From: Girardia tigrina
Lineage: Eukaryota
NCBI GenBank assembly: GCA_001938485.1
Contig: MQRK01180223.1
Span: 12,392 to 68,899, forward strand
Reading direction: 5' to 3'
DNA length: 56,508 bases
The position numbers and the translations under genes were made by a program. Numbering within the stretch: the stretch's first letter is position 1; the number at the start of each line of letters is the position of its first letter. The notes beneath the pieces were generated by a model that was given only the letters and a program-made list of their open reading frames with translations, did not search any database and had not been told where the DNA came from. Shown in pieces: positions 24,940 to 38,079 of the stretch.

Positions 24940-26147
24940 TTAGGTTGTTCGATATGAAACGGGTCAAAATTAAAGTAAAATGTAAATCGATTTTTTTTAA
25001 ATAATAACATTTTATTTTTAATCAAAATATCCCCCCATGTTGTCAACANNNNNNNNNNNNNNNNNNNNNNNNNNNNNNNNNNNNNNNNNNNNNNNNNNNN
25101 NNNNNNNNNNNNNNNNNNNNNNNNNNNNNNNNNNNNNNNNNNNNNNNNNNNNNNNNNNNNNNNNNNNNNNNNNNNNNNNNNNNNNNNNNNNNNNNNNNNN
25201 NNNNNNNNNNNNNNNNNNNNNNNNNNNNNNNNNNNNNNNNNNNNNNNNNNNNNNNNNNNNNNNNNNNNNNNNNNNNNNNNNNNNNNNNNNNNNNNNNNNN
25301 NNNNNNNNNNNNNNNNNNNNNNNNNNNNNNNNNNNNNNNNNNNNNNNNNNNNNNNNNNNNNNNNNNNNNNNNNNNNNNNNNNNNNNNNNNNNNNNNNNNN
25401 NNNNNNNNNNNNNNNNNNNNNNNNNNNNNNNNNNNNNNNNNNNNNNNNNNNNNNNNNNNNNNNNNNNNNNNNNNNNNNNNNNNNNNNNNNNNNNNNNNNN
25501 NNNNNNNNNNNNNNNNNNNNNNNNNNNNNNNNNNNNNNNNNNNNNNNNNNNNNNNNNNNNNNNNNNNNNNNNNNNNNNNNNNNNNNNNNNNNNNNNNNNN
25601 NNNNNNNNNNNNNNNNNNNNNNNNNNNNNNNNNNNNNNNNNNNNNNNNNNNNNNNNNNNNNNNNNNNNNNNNNNNNNNNNNNNNNNNNNNNNNNNNNNNN
25701 NNNNNNNNNNNNNNNNNNNNNNNNNNNNNNNNNNNNNNNNNNNNNNNNNNNNNNNNNNNNNNNNNNNNNNNNNNNNNNNNNNNNNNNNNNNNNNNNNNNN
25801 NNNNNNNNNNNNNNNNNNNNNNNNNNNNNNNNNNNNNNNNNNNNNNNNNNNNNNNNNNNNNNNNNNNNNNNNNNNNNNNNNNNNNNNNNNNNNNNNNNNN
25901 NNNNNNNNNNNNNNNNNNNNNNNNNNNNNNNNNNNNNNNNNNNNNNNNNNNNNNNNNNNNNNNNNNNNNNNNNNNNNNNNNNNNNNNNNNNNNNNNNNNN
26001 NNNNNNNNNNNNNNNNNNNNNNNNNNNNNNNATAATATATCTGTCAAGAAATACCTTATTTATTTTCATACGATAGTTCAAAGTTAAGTTATACGCAATT
26101 GAAATGTAAGGTGTGAAGTTTGACCCGTTTCATATCGAACAACCTAA
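24940..26147 (-). mobile_element. Young mariner element, interior in an assembly gap
   Basis: Perfect 29-bp TIRs ttaggttgttcgatatgaaacgggtcaaa, TA on both sides, C-terminal VDNMGGYFD* at ~25018-25047. Confidence 0.9.
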
Positions 26148-27579
26148 TAACAAAAAAAATCACATAAGAGAGAGAGAGAATGACATGATTAAATCCCCAT
26201 TTCGATTAGTGTTTATTGTTCTAAGGTTTCAAAAGAACGATCTTCTGTTGTAACAATGTCGATAGAAACTTCAGAGAATCATTTGGTTGCACAAAGAGAA
26301 TTTGAGGAAATAGATTATATGAAGAGATCCACTTTCAGGGGGAATATTGATAAATTGGTTTGCAGAAAATTCCTTTACGAACCGATTTTACAGGAAAATG
26401 TTTTGTAGGTAATATAATATAGTTGTAATCCGTAATATTAATGATTGTTTTATCGATCCTCGTTTTATATATATAATTATATATATAATTTTATATAAAA
26501 TTTACTATATATAATTTATATATAATAATTAACTGGGTCACTACATCATACAATATGTACATATCTTTCTGACGACCTAACAGAATATAAGTACGTAAGA
26601 AGCTCTTCGCGGTAAAACCCTTGAGCATTGTATAGAAGAGAACCTCAGAAATTTGATAATCCAAAGTTATCTCTTATTTAAACAATGTTTAATACAATTG
26701 GATTATTAATTATGGTTTAATGACTTTGGACCTAGTTTGGTATAAAAGTAATATTATCACATTCTTCACTTTTAACTACTACTTTTAAAATTGCTGTAAT
26801 TTCGAAAATCGACTTTGATTTGTACAATAATCAATTAATTTCAAACTTCTCATTTAAAACCCTTGCATTTTTTGTTGGATTGTTGATTAAATATCAACAG
26901 TTACGAAATTATATTAACAAATGGTAAAATCTTTAATTTCAAATAAGAAAAATTATTATTTTGTAATAAATTTTTTTATTAATTCGATCAGCTGCAAATT
27001 CAAAAAAAACGTTTTCGATTTTCTTACAATGATAAGAATATTTCTAAAATCAAAAAAAACCGAAAATAATTAAAATTATTAACTTTTTACGTTTTTAAAA
27101 TTTTCAAAAATTCTAAGACTTGAAAAATTGATTTATTTTTTCAATTAAAAAATATATCGATGAATTTTTAAAATTCATTAAATAATTAAATCTAATCAAT
27201 AAATTTATAATTATTTCAAAAATAAAAAACAAAAACAGTTAAAAAGTTATCTAAAGTATAGAAAAATAGTGTTTTAAGTGTTATTTTTTATTTAAAGACA
27301 TCTTATCAATATTATATTTGTTTGCTTCTAGAAATTTTGTGATGTTACTCACTGGAAAAATGAAACAAATGTTTCATCAATGTGTAATAAAAAAATATAA
27401 ATATTTTTTTCTCTGATTTTCACAAAATATTTATAGAAGCCTATGAGGTTAAGGTTAATCTTACATTAATTGACGTTTTTTATACATTTCTTTTTTTCAA
27501 TTGTTAGTTGCTTTTATATCGTTTTCAAAATTTGAATGGTAATTCAAATATATACATTTAAACAAATTCAAAATCGCTA

Positions 27580-28490
27580 AAACATCAACGGCCTTTGTAG
27601 TTTGCAAAAGAGGCTAACAAAAACCAGAAGTTGACTACAATTCGAGATGTCTGTAGTTTTATCCAGTTGCATACTAAAGGGAAATGGCGATGCTTTCAAT
27701 TCATTTCAAAATATTACAAGAAATTTCAATTATTCTTGACTGTAGGAATAGCCTCAAGTTTTTTCTCTGTTCCAGTCCACAAACTAATTCAACCATTTCT
27801 AGCGCACATGGCTTAATTAATGTCTCTCCAATAATATGCGGTTTCTTACTTTTGGCAATACGATATGCAACTCTGAAAGATGCTTCAACCAAAGGTTTTT
27901 GTGGAATACCAAATCCAAGTTTGGTTAATGTTCTAGATTTCGAAAACTGGGCTTTCTTCTTTGTAAAAAATTCTAGATCTTTAGATGCATTTTCAGGATG
28001 AAGAGATTTGAGATGCTCTATCAATTTTGCCGGTTTCATACTGGCGTTTGCCAAAATTTTTCCACACATTGTGGCTTTTCAATATCGTCCGATTCCTTCA
28101 TGCAACAGAATCCATATTTAACGTAACTTTCAACGTACTTCCTTTTTTTTGGACATTTTGGGCTACAAAAAATATCAAGAAATTATTAAGAATTCAAATT
28201 GAAATTGTTCACAAATGAATTACTTGATTGAACTCACCTTTACTCAACACAAAAAAACACTAGAAAAAAACTATGATACTAAAAAGCACTCGAAAAAAAA
28301 CTAGTAAATACAATACTTTACGAACAAATATTTCGCTTTAAGAATTTGCAAGAACTTTGCGGAACTGATTCTAATGCACTTTATTCCAAGTGAAATAAAA
28401 ATCAAAGGTACTCAGTGTTTCAAATTGTGACAAAAAATTTTTTTTTAAAGAAATTTTAAAAATTAGGAGCAGTCGGCGAAACCCCACAAA
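27580..28490 (-). mobile_element. hAT Buster/Charlie 5' fragment (ATG at 28156)
   Basis: MSKKRKY..SYVKYGF, CGKILANASMKPAKLIEHL...KPHIIGETLIKPC, MQLDKTTDISNCSQLLVFV. Confidence 0.9.
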
Positions 28491-29171
28491 AAACATCAAC
28501 ACACCAAATATTCCTCACACTTTTGATTTATCAATTTTCTTACTGCTAAACATCAAAAAATTCTCCAATATTAATAATTTACGGGTTTTTCCTAAATCAT
28601 GATACTATTTCTAGGAAAATATTTTCAAGTTTTATTGAAAATGGTATTTTGTGTTGTGCAAAGAGAAACCAGTGAGAAATATTTCCTATTTCAATCACTT
28701 TTGTTGGGTATCTGGATATTTGAAATAATGTTTTTGTAATGTTTATCGTATTTTCGTAATTTTTACAGATTACTCTTAACTTCGAACTGGTAAAAAAGTC
28801 TATTCAATGTCTATTTATATCTTAACAGTTAAAATATACAGTGTTATCTTACAAAAATTTTCAGTCTAAAATCAAATTTGTGATTTGTCGAAGAAAAAGT
28901 CTTTTTTCACAATTAAGTTTATTCTTTTAACCAATTTAGAGCCGTTCATTCCGATCAAAAGACAACTAATGGAGTAATAAGAGACGAAAATAATAATATA
29001 ATAAATTCTTTATCTAAATGAAAATTTTTTTTGTAAATTTATTCTTTTATGAAAAATAACGAAAAATTCAAAGTACAATGAATATAATTTGATATAATAA
29101 ATATAAATAATATAATGAATATCTTTGATTTTTTCGTAAGAAACTTATGTTCTTTAAAACAAAAAATGTTG

Positions 29172-29880
29172 AAAATAAATAATATATATATAATGAAAAG
29201 AAAGGCCATTTTTGAATATTAAATTTATTCCCAATACAAACGCGTTTCACCATTTCGGCATCTTCAGTGCAATAAAATAAAGTGATTAATTGCTATTTAT
29301 ATAGTTGAAAAACTATTACATCATGCATTTCAAAAACATGCTTTTTTTCTTTTTTTTAAAGTATTTTAATGATATTTTAAAAAAACTTTAATATGATTAG
29401 ATGAATCACCTTGCACGTTTAAGCATGGTTTATGATGTTTTATTAACAATGTTTCGACAATAATCCTTTCATAATTTGTGTCAAAATTATTTAAAATCAC
29501 TTTAAAATCTTTATTGTAATCCACCTTTACATCTTTTAATATGGCTCAATATCGAACTATTTCTACTCGATTCAGTATGTTCAGCAATTCTAGTGCGGAG
29601 ATGACGACTTGTCTCTCCAATGTACAAGGCTTCGCACTTGTGACATTTGAATTGATAAACTAGATTTGCCTTAATACACAAAGGAATTTTTGATTTGTTG
29701 GAAAAATAGTTCCGGCATTTATTAGTTAAAAAGATTACTCTCAATTTTAAGCCAACATGTGTTCGATGTTCTAAAAATCGTTTGAACTCTTTTGCTCTCT
29801 CTGAGTACGTATGTATTGTGAATAAATTTAATATTCAAAAATGGCCTTTCTTTTCATTATATATATATATTATTTATTTT
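29172..29880 (-). mobile_element. 5'-truncated Penelope element: GIY-YIG, 3' pLTR with hammerhead, inverted partial pLTR at the 5' end
   Basis: LVYQFKCHKCEALYIGETSRHLRTRIAEH; ETLLIKHHKPCLNVQ; 29172-29242 recurs inverted at 29807-29880. Confidence 0.92.
29235..29271 (-). ncRNA. Minimal hammerhead ribozyme in a Penelope pLTR
   Basis: tgca-CTGAAGA-t-gcc-gaaat-ggt-GAAA-cgcg-TT-tgta; palindromic ACGCGT stem III. Confidence 0.8.
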
Positions 29881-30103
29881 CCTTATTATTAAAAATGCCA
29901 TATATATATATGGTTTTTTGATCTATTTTAATATTTTTGCAATCGATTTTCATATGATTTTATTTTTATTTCAATTTGTTTATTTTTGAAACAAATTTTC
30001 TAATAAAAATTAAATTTTAAAAATAAAAAAAATAATGAAAAAATAATTAAAATTATAATAATTAAAAGTAATAAAAAGTAAATATATTCCAAAATATTTA
30101 TTA

Positions 30104-30313
30104 TTAAATATATTCAAGAATTACTTTTCTCTTTTCAACTTTCATTATATATCTAAGTAACTTCCTAAAATACCCATCACAATAAAATACATTAATTACC
30201 CCTAAACCTTCTTCATGTAACCTTCTTAAATCTTTTTTATTTCTACAATAATGTTGCACAACATGATCTGCCTGTGAAATTTTAAAGATCTTTCTCTTAA
30301 TGTTCATGATCAT
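30104..30313 (-). mobile_element. Possible non-LTR thumb-domain relic
   Basis: HYCRNKKDLRRLHEEGLGVIN resembles H...RLYL.R..GG.GL.N. Confidence 0.35.
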
Positions 30314-30954
30314 TTTTATGTTAAAAAATATTATTTTTAAAGACTAATTTGAAAATTTTATTTTAATTTTTATAAATGTTTTTTTTATAATTTTATTTAA
30401 TTTTAAAACTTAATATATATTAAAGATTGATTGCAAAATAAGAAAATAAATCGAAAAATTCTATAATTGCTAAACCATATTTATAATTTATAAATATAAT
30501 GTTTTCTAAAATTAAAATTGATATTATTATCCTTCTACTGAAAAAAAGAATGAGAATTCTTTTGTTTATAACATATGATTTGTCTTTCATTTTTCTTAAA
30601 GAAGTAATTTTTTTATTTTAAATTGCATCTTAATGTTTCTCAAATTGTAGTATAATATTATTATATTGGTAAAACATTTAAATGAGTATTTTGAGTAAAT
30701 TTATAAACTTTGACGACATTAAATCTTGTTTAAGTATTCTCTATATAATTCCTCAAGATTGGCGATACATTTGAATAATAGTTTTTATGAAAGGTTAGTG
30801 TAAATTTTCGATTCACTGAATAGGTTAATGTTTTAATTTAAAAATTTTGCAAAAATTAAATAATAAAAACAGAGTTTAAATCAAAAAAATTTAGAAGTTG
30901 ATACATTTCAGTTGACAGTTTTAAATAAAATTTTTAAAAGAAATAATACAATTA

Positions 30955-32300
30955 ATACAAGTTTTTGCGTAAATTTATATATCACGCTGCTACAAAATTT
31001 TTTTACGAAATTAAATAGTTTTTTACAAATTAATTTTAAAATTAGATGCTATATAAATGTAAAAAATAGTTTTATTGTGTTTAGAATATTTTTTTTAAAA
31101 AACATAATAATAAATATTTTTAAAATTTTATAAGTTGATTGCATCTTATTTAAATGAAATGAATTAATTTTATAGGTAATAAAATTTTTAAAAATATTCT
31201 AAAAATATTAAAAAAAAGTTTTTAATTAAAAAGAAAAGTTCAAAAATATATTATTGAATATAATAAATTATTTTTAAAGCTTAAAATGTTTTTTACAAAT
31301 TGAAAGTAAAATGAAATTTATGAGGCGAGTTGAAAATTTTAATTAACGGAAATTTGTTTGAAAATTGGGAGTTGTCATAGTAATAAATTTTGGTGTTAAA
31401 ATGAATTCTGATATTGATGTTGCAACCACTTCTCACATGGCGACTAAGGCTGCAATGGATATTTTCACGGGCTAACTGTTACCTGAAAAGTACAGGAAAG
31501 GCGATAATGTGGAGATATTTATTTGAAGAATGTGAAACATTCTTTAATTTTGCAGGAATAGCGAAGGCCAAACAAAAGACAATAGTCGTTTGTTTGTTGG
31601 ACAGAGATCTAAAAGAACGATACAAAGCGGTAGATAAGGCAATAGTAGGTTATGAAGACCGATTGAGAAAGGCATTCTTTCGAAACATGACTTGTCAAAA
31701 GACGCCCTCACGGAAGCATTATTGTTACATTGTTGTGATGATGTGGACATAAAAAAGGAAGTGAGACTTAACAAAGTGAAAGGAATAGATGAGATAAAAG
31801 AAAAGAAAAAGGCCGTACAGGACGTCAAAAGTGACAGAAGATGTGAACGTAATAAGAGACCAGAGGATGCCGGAGTTAGAGGAGCAGTAACAGGATACAG
31901 TAAAAACGGACAAAATCAGACAGGTTGGTAGAAATACTACAGAATACGTTCAAGGTAGGAAAGCGGTCAAATGTGGTAATTGTGAAAAAGTAGGTCACAC
32001 AAGTGAAACGTGTAGACAAAGAAAACCAATCAAGTGTTTCGGATGTTGAAAAGAAGGGCACATGATAAGAAATTGTTCGGAAAGGAGACCAATAAAATGT
32101 TATGGTTGTGGACAACAGGGACACATAAGAAGAAACTGTCCAAACATCGAATGGAAAAGATGTCAAGATAAAGGCCACAGTGAATGTTATACAAACCTAA
32201 ATGGCAGAAGACGACAGCAAAATACAAGTGAAAATAACTATCGAGGATCGGGCTACAATCAACAAAGATATAGAGAGAGTGAGAAGACAGAAGACTAAGA
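30955..32300 (+). mobile_element. LTR retrotransposon family B: 5' LTR (ends 31437), PBS TGGCGAC, disrupted gag 31455-32298
   Basis: ttctcaCA|TGGCGACT; CCHC knuckles CGNCEKVGHTSETC, CFGC*KEGHMIRNC, CYGCGQQGHIRRNC plus a degenerate fourth. Confidence 0.9.
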
Positions 32301-33399
32301 GATAATCGAAGATTCGTGTATTGTTAACTCAAATATAAATACTCTCAAACTTCATTTAGGTTAATAATTGTAAATTGATTTTCAAATCAATACAATGTGG
32401 AACTAAACGAGAGAAGCGTTAAATATTTATTTTTAAAACAAAAACTGAACGACATTCAGTGTATTTTAACAAACCAATCAATCCAATCTAACATAGAAAT
32501 TAAAATCATGTTTTTTTAGATTATTTAAAGAAGCAGATTTTCAAATTTTGAATTTCTGAAATCAGATTGTAAATTATCTGCAATTAAATTTGTCGGTTGT
32601 TTTTGTATAAAAGATGATCCATCTGATGCGATATTACAAATAGTAATAACTTCATTGAGAATTGAGAGACTTTTTCGAATAATTTATTTGAAAATTTTAT
32701 TGCCAGATATAAAATCTAAAATCTACGAATCGAAATCTGGCGAATCGAACATGGTCCTTTCCTAACCCGTGTTTGTGTTCATAATTTGTCCAATGTAACC
32801 TTAATGTTTTGATATATCTTTTTGTGTACATACTCAAACGTCCTCTAAGAATATTTATACCATGATTTGTGGTTTCAATATTTTAGTCTATTTTATTGCT
32901 ATATTCAAAATTTTCCTTTGCAATATAATTTATGTTTTGTTGATTATTTTAATTTTAGGTTATGATACTTCAAAGCAATCGTCATTTTTAAAATAAATAA
33001 ATAAAATTAACTTTAGAAAACTTTCATTGATAAACTTTTTAAATCATTAAAATAGATTTAACCTGTTTTACTAAATGTAAGCTGTGCTTCAAAACAGTAG
33101 CATGAAATGCTTACAAATGAATATATTCTTTATAAATAAAATTAAACTTCAGAAGAGGAATAGCGTATTTTTATTTTTATGTTAATTATGAAATTCATAA
33201 CTTAATATTAATACGAGAAAAAATGGTTTTTAAACTAAGTAAAATCAAATTGATGAGAAAACTAAAAGAATATTATAAAAGTTTTCCGAATTTAAGAGGA
33301 AAGAGAAAATAATGTTAAATTAATCAGACATTGTTTGATAAAATCGCAATTTAATTAAATCATTTATTTAAATTTAAAATAAAATAATTAAATAATAAA

Positions 33400-33550
33400 A
33401 AATTCCAATAACTTCCGAATAGACGGAGAATTTTGTTGAATCCATTCTCTTTATATATATTTATTATCCAATAAATATATAAATAAACGATAAATAAAAA
33501 TATATTTAGTCATTCAAGATTTCAAAACGAAATAATCGTTTTGGAAGAAA

Positions 33551-33598
<48 letters not shown>

Positions 33599-34900
33599 GT
33601 AAAAATAAATACCAAAGCTGTATAAAGTAAAATTTTAATAATTTCTACAAACTTTTTGGAATAAATAAACTCCGACATCCTTCCGAATTATTGAGAGAAT
33701 CACTGGAGGATATTTTTTGTTGGCAATTGTCTCCATAATAACTCAGCATACATCTTACATAAAAAGTCAATCAATTCCAGAATAAATTGCATATAATTAA
33801 TTCAAGAAACATAACAAAGTATAATTTAACTTTAATTTGAGTAAAAATCTTATTTTAACAATTTGATGGTTGCTATTTGATTATTACAAAGAAAAAATTA
33901 TTTGAGCAAAAAATTAATTAATATTTGAAGGTTTATTTCAAATAACGTCAGAAAGTATTGAGACTGGTACTCAATGGATTGATGGGCAGATCTCTAGGTC
34001 TTTCACCTTTTGGGATGGAAGAATCTTCTTTAGTTGACCACCATAAATAAATATGGAAAAATGAATTTTGTTCTTTTCACAAAAGATATTTTTTAACGGT
34101 GTACTTTATGTTTTTATTTTATTAAAATATATTTTACTATTTATGTCTTCAAAACCGAAAACTACCAGAGACAATCCCAAGCTTTATGGTGAGTAAACAC
34201 AAGCCTAAATTTATTTTTTTTCATTTGAAGGACATATCATTAACAGTACCATAATATATTACTTAACTATCATTTTTTGTAGATTCTAAAAGTATAAATA
34301 ATCTTTCGAATTCTTTTGGAATCCAAGAAGAGAAATACTTGCAAGTCATATATATTCTAGTAGAGAACTTTCTTAATTCATTATTATCGCTACTGTTAAA
34401 GTAAATAAGGTATTCGATTATTGATAAAAAAAATTTTAACAGCAATTTTATCATAACAAAGTTTTGAATTACATTTTTTAAGTAAACATTATTGTTGATC
34501 GATTAAGTATTAAGTATTTATTTTTAATATTCCCTTTTTTAGCAATCTTTAATATCAGAATATTTTAAAACAGACTACAAAAAATAATTTGAAGCAAAGT
34601 AAAAAATTATTGAGATTGATAATTATACTATTATAAATTATATATACATAAATGTAAATATCTTAAAATTTAAGAAAAAATACACCAAACTCTATCAATT
34701 CCATTCCCATAAAGTAACCATTGGCAACTATCAATTGGTGGTTGAGAAAACGATTGTTTATTCTTTTGTTAAGCACTTTAATGGGTAACAGAGACATATG
34801 ATAAAAATAATAATTGACAGCCAACAAAGAGCTAATCTTTGAGATAAAACTTCTCCCAATCAGTGTAATCCACTTAATTTTAGCTTTCACATCAAACCTC
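33400..34900 (-). mobile_element. Possible heavily decayed LINE (L1/Tx1-like) fragments
   Basis: KWITLIGRSFISK...YYF...P and IPKGERPRDL are weak motif resemblances only. Confidence 0.3.
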
Positions 34901-35988
34901 AGTAAAAATATGAAATAAATTTATTTTAATCCAACGATTTATTGGTAAAATATATTCTAATTATCGTACAGTTTCTTATAATTTGTTAGTTTAATACATA
35001 ATGTAGATTGATCTGATGATCGCAGTGTTATTACGAAACGCTTTAAATTCTTTTCATCTCTTTTATATAGATTATACTTATTTATATGTATATATATAGT
35101 TCTCATAGTGAAAAGAAATTAAAAACTTTTGTCATGATGAATTGAACGGAAACCGTGCCTCCACATTAATTTTGGGACGTCCGATTGTCTCAAATAACAA
35201 CGAAGGCATAATTGCTATTGTTATTAATATCACTTTTCGATCGAAAAACACGAGTGTGATTAAATTGATCGATTGAATTGGCTCAAGGAAATTTTTATCA
35301 TCCTAATTATGTCAGTAGATGAGATCCAGAAGAATGTTATTTATCGTCGATAAAATCGAATTGTCGTTTTTAAATTCACTAACGATATTTGAAACTTTTG
35401 TTGGATTTAATTTAAACGTTTTATCATAAGGATTTGTTAAACTGTCGATTGATGAAACAAAATTCGTTAAATTTGGTGAAAGTACTTTTTCATGTCTCAT
35501 TAAATTTATCGAAAATGAAAATCAACCCGCAAACTTTTATTTTACATTGAAATTACACCTTTTTTGAAACTGACAAAATAAAGTAAACAAAATTCATTAA
35601 ATTACTTCATTAAAACAATCATTTTGAATATCTGGTGATATCTATTCAGCGAATTCAAAAATTCAACATCACATACATGATAGTCAAATTTACAATTCAA
35701 AATTTTCCAAATTCACAAATCAATGATATAAAATCATTTTTCGCTGATATTCAACAGAATCGATAATAACGAAAATGGTTTTAATGAAATAAAAGAAACC
35801 TTAATTATTTTATTCGTTTATTGTTATTATGATTATTATTAATTTTTTTAATTACTTATCTTATTTAATTCTTTTTTTATTTAATTAATTATTTTTAATT
35901 ATTTATTGATCTTACTTTTTGAATTTTATTTTACTTTAATTAATTATTTAATTAGTTATTTTGATTATATATTGTTAATTTAATATAT

Positions 35989-36657
35989 TTATATATTTTT
36001 CCCAAAACTGGCAAAACGTTCGGTCAAAAATAACAAAATTTTAGCTCCATGAATGTTGGTATTAGAGCGGGCGCAGCGCGGTGGCGGCGTCCCAGGATTG
36101 GGGTGGTGGACTGCGCGACTCAGGGGGGAAACAGATTGAAGCTCACCCTGCTCTTTCGTCTTCAATTTGAACTCATCGAACTCCAAATCCAATCGACTTT
36201 TGATTTCATCCGATTCGTCTTGTAATTACTGTAGCATTTTATTGTGTTCCGGTCCGCATCCGCGCTCGCAGATGAACTTCCTCAACACTTCCCTCTCGTC
36301 TTTATCGTGAGCCTGCAATCTGTAATCCTCGACATGATCGACTCTCAATGTCCGACAGCCTCTTTGATCTTCATAGCAAATGAAACAAAATCCTTTCAAT
36401 CGACCCGTGAGTCGGTCGCGAATGAAATTCAAATTGACGATCACTCAATATTTCTTATCAATATTGTCGATTTGTTTGTTCCACTTACTGCGAAGAGCGC
36501 GCAAAAATTTTTGCGATGCGTCAGTCACCACTTGTCTCTTTTCGATCACTTTGTCGGTTCCAAGCGCACAAATGGAATTTTCCATTAACAATTTATTCAC
36601 ATATCCGAGCGATTCAATTCGAATTCGGCGGTAGAACAGCTTTTTCACTCTCATCAC
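35989..36657 (-). pseudogene. RBMX2: RBMX2/Snu17-like RRM protein pseudogene
   Basis: Y*VIVNLNFIRDRLTGRLKGFCFICYEDQR-[~15 aa missing]-RTLRVDHVEDYR...ERGCG; in-frame TGA (36445-36447) and TAA (36226-36228). Confidence 0.8.
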
Positions 36658-36769
36658 ATATTCTACTTTTCATCGCGCGCTCGACAGCTCTTCATTTAAA
36701 CACAAACCTCAGATTCCAATTGAAAAAGAAAACGACCATCCTCGAAAACTTTATTTTTAAATCTAGACA

Positions 36770-36856
36770 TAAATCGATCGAATATTCTTTGCAGTGTTTA
36801 AATTAAATTAAAATTGCGCCAAACATAAAACAATAATCGATTAAAACAAATCGATG
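36770..36856 (-). promoter_or_regulatory. Candidate promoter: E2F-like TTTGGCGC (36816-36823) and three ATCGAT (DRE-core-like) motifs
   Basis: Motifs cluster just upstream of the RBMX2-like region; short motifs can occur by chance. Confidence 0.25.
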
Positions 36857-37648
36857 TTTGTAATAATTATTTTTTATCACCATTTTCATTTGCTATTTTG
36901 GCATCTTTTTTTGTTACTACTTTTTTATATCGTTTATTATTTTTTTTTATTACATTCAATTTTTTATTGCTTTCTTTTTGTGTTTTATATTTAATCAAAT
37001 TATACTATAAAACAAGTCAAAGAATAAAATCATAACTGTAAAGGCTGATTGATCAAAGGCTTCTTTTCATCCAGGTGGTCGCTAGCATCATTAATTGATT
37101 CGCTAATGTTGGCTGTGGGAGTAGAGTCATCGAAGTACCAAATGAGATAATCGACGGTGGGAATGAGTTATGAGATGAAACTGTCACTGTTTTTTCGGTG
37201 TACTTCGATATGGCCCCCACATGCGAATCGAACAATGAATATATTTTAAGTTTGTGAACATTAATTTGATAACAAATATTTGACAAAGCATCAAAAAATT
37301 AATCGTTGTTTACGTTTTGATCATACTTTTATCATCATCAACAAATAATAAACAAAATATTTATTTGCTGACCATTATTAATATGTGATGGAAACATAAG
37401 CAACAATTTTTTTTAAAAATACTCTGTCGAATATCCTAATATTAATGTAGCATTAAAAACAAGCGTGGACACACGTTGATAAGAAAACAATGCAATCATG
37501 ACATTTTGTATACGTGTACTTATATGTGTGATAGTTGAGAGGATTTTTAAGTCTCGTAAATAAAAAATAAATGAATTAAAGATAAAATACATTTTAAATT
37601 AATACTTAATTATAAAAGTAAAAAAATAGAAAGTTATTGTAAAATAAG

Positions 37649-38079
37649 TGTGAGGGGTAATTTGGAATGATGTAAGTTTTTTGATTGTATGCTGTTTAGA
37701 TTTGTGACTCTCCTACTCAGATTGGATTGATATGTTTATTGATTGATTATTTGCATCTAATGATATTAATTTTAAGTACTAATTAATTAAAGTTTTATAA
37801 TTATGAACTTTAATAATATTTTTAGTAAACGATTTTAACTTATTAGATTTAATATATTTTAAAAATTAATGTTCATTTAATAAATTACTTAATGCCTTTT
37901 TATCCAATAAAATTTAAGAAATTAAAAATTAATATTAAAAATTTCCCATTCATTGTTTTTTAGATTTGAATATATAAACAAAAACTATATCAATCAAAGA
38001 AAGATACTCTCTGAAAATTGTTGTGAAGAATCTATTTGTGTTGTCAATAAATGTTTGCATTCAAATTGTGTTGTTAATA
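37649..38079 (+). mobile_element. Solo LTR, family A
   Basis: ataag|TGTGAGGG...gttgTTAATA|ataag, perfect 5-bp TSD; internal ctctcctactcagattgg motif. Confidence 0.88.

Noticed and set aside
24909-26081. Long ORFs in the track (also 48167-48713 and 3797-4021)
   Set aside because: Artifacts of N runs and (TA)n
26570-26610. Hammerhead candidate starting ctgacga
   Set aside because: No GAAA or stem II; the same applies to ctgatga at ~19308 and ~21368 (-)
36226-36447. Stop-codon reassignment or readthrough
   Set aside because: Both stops can arise from single substitutions, a deletion co-occurs, and transposase ORFs in the window end at their expected C-termini on standard stops
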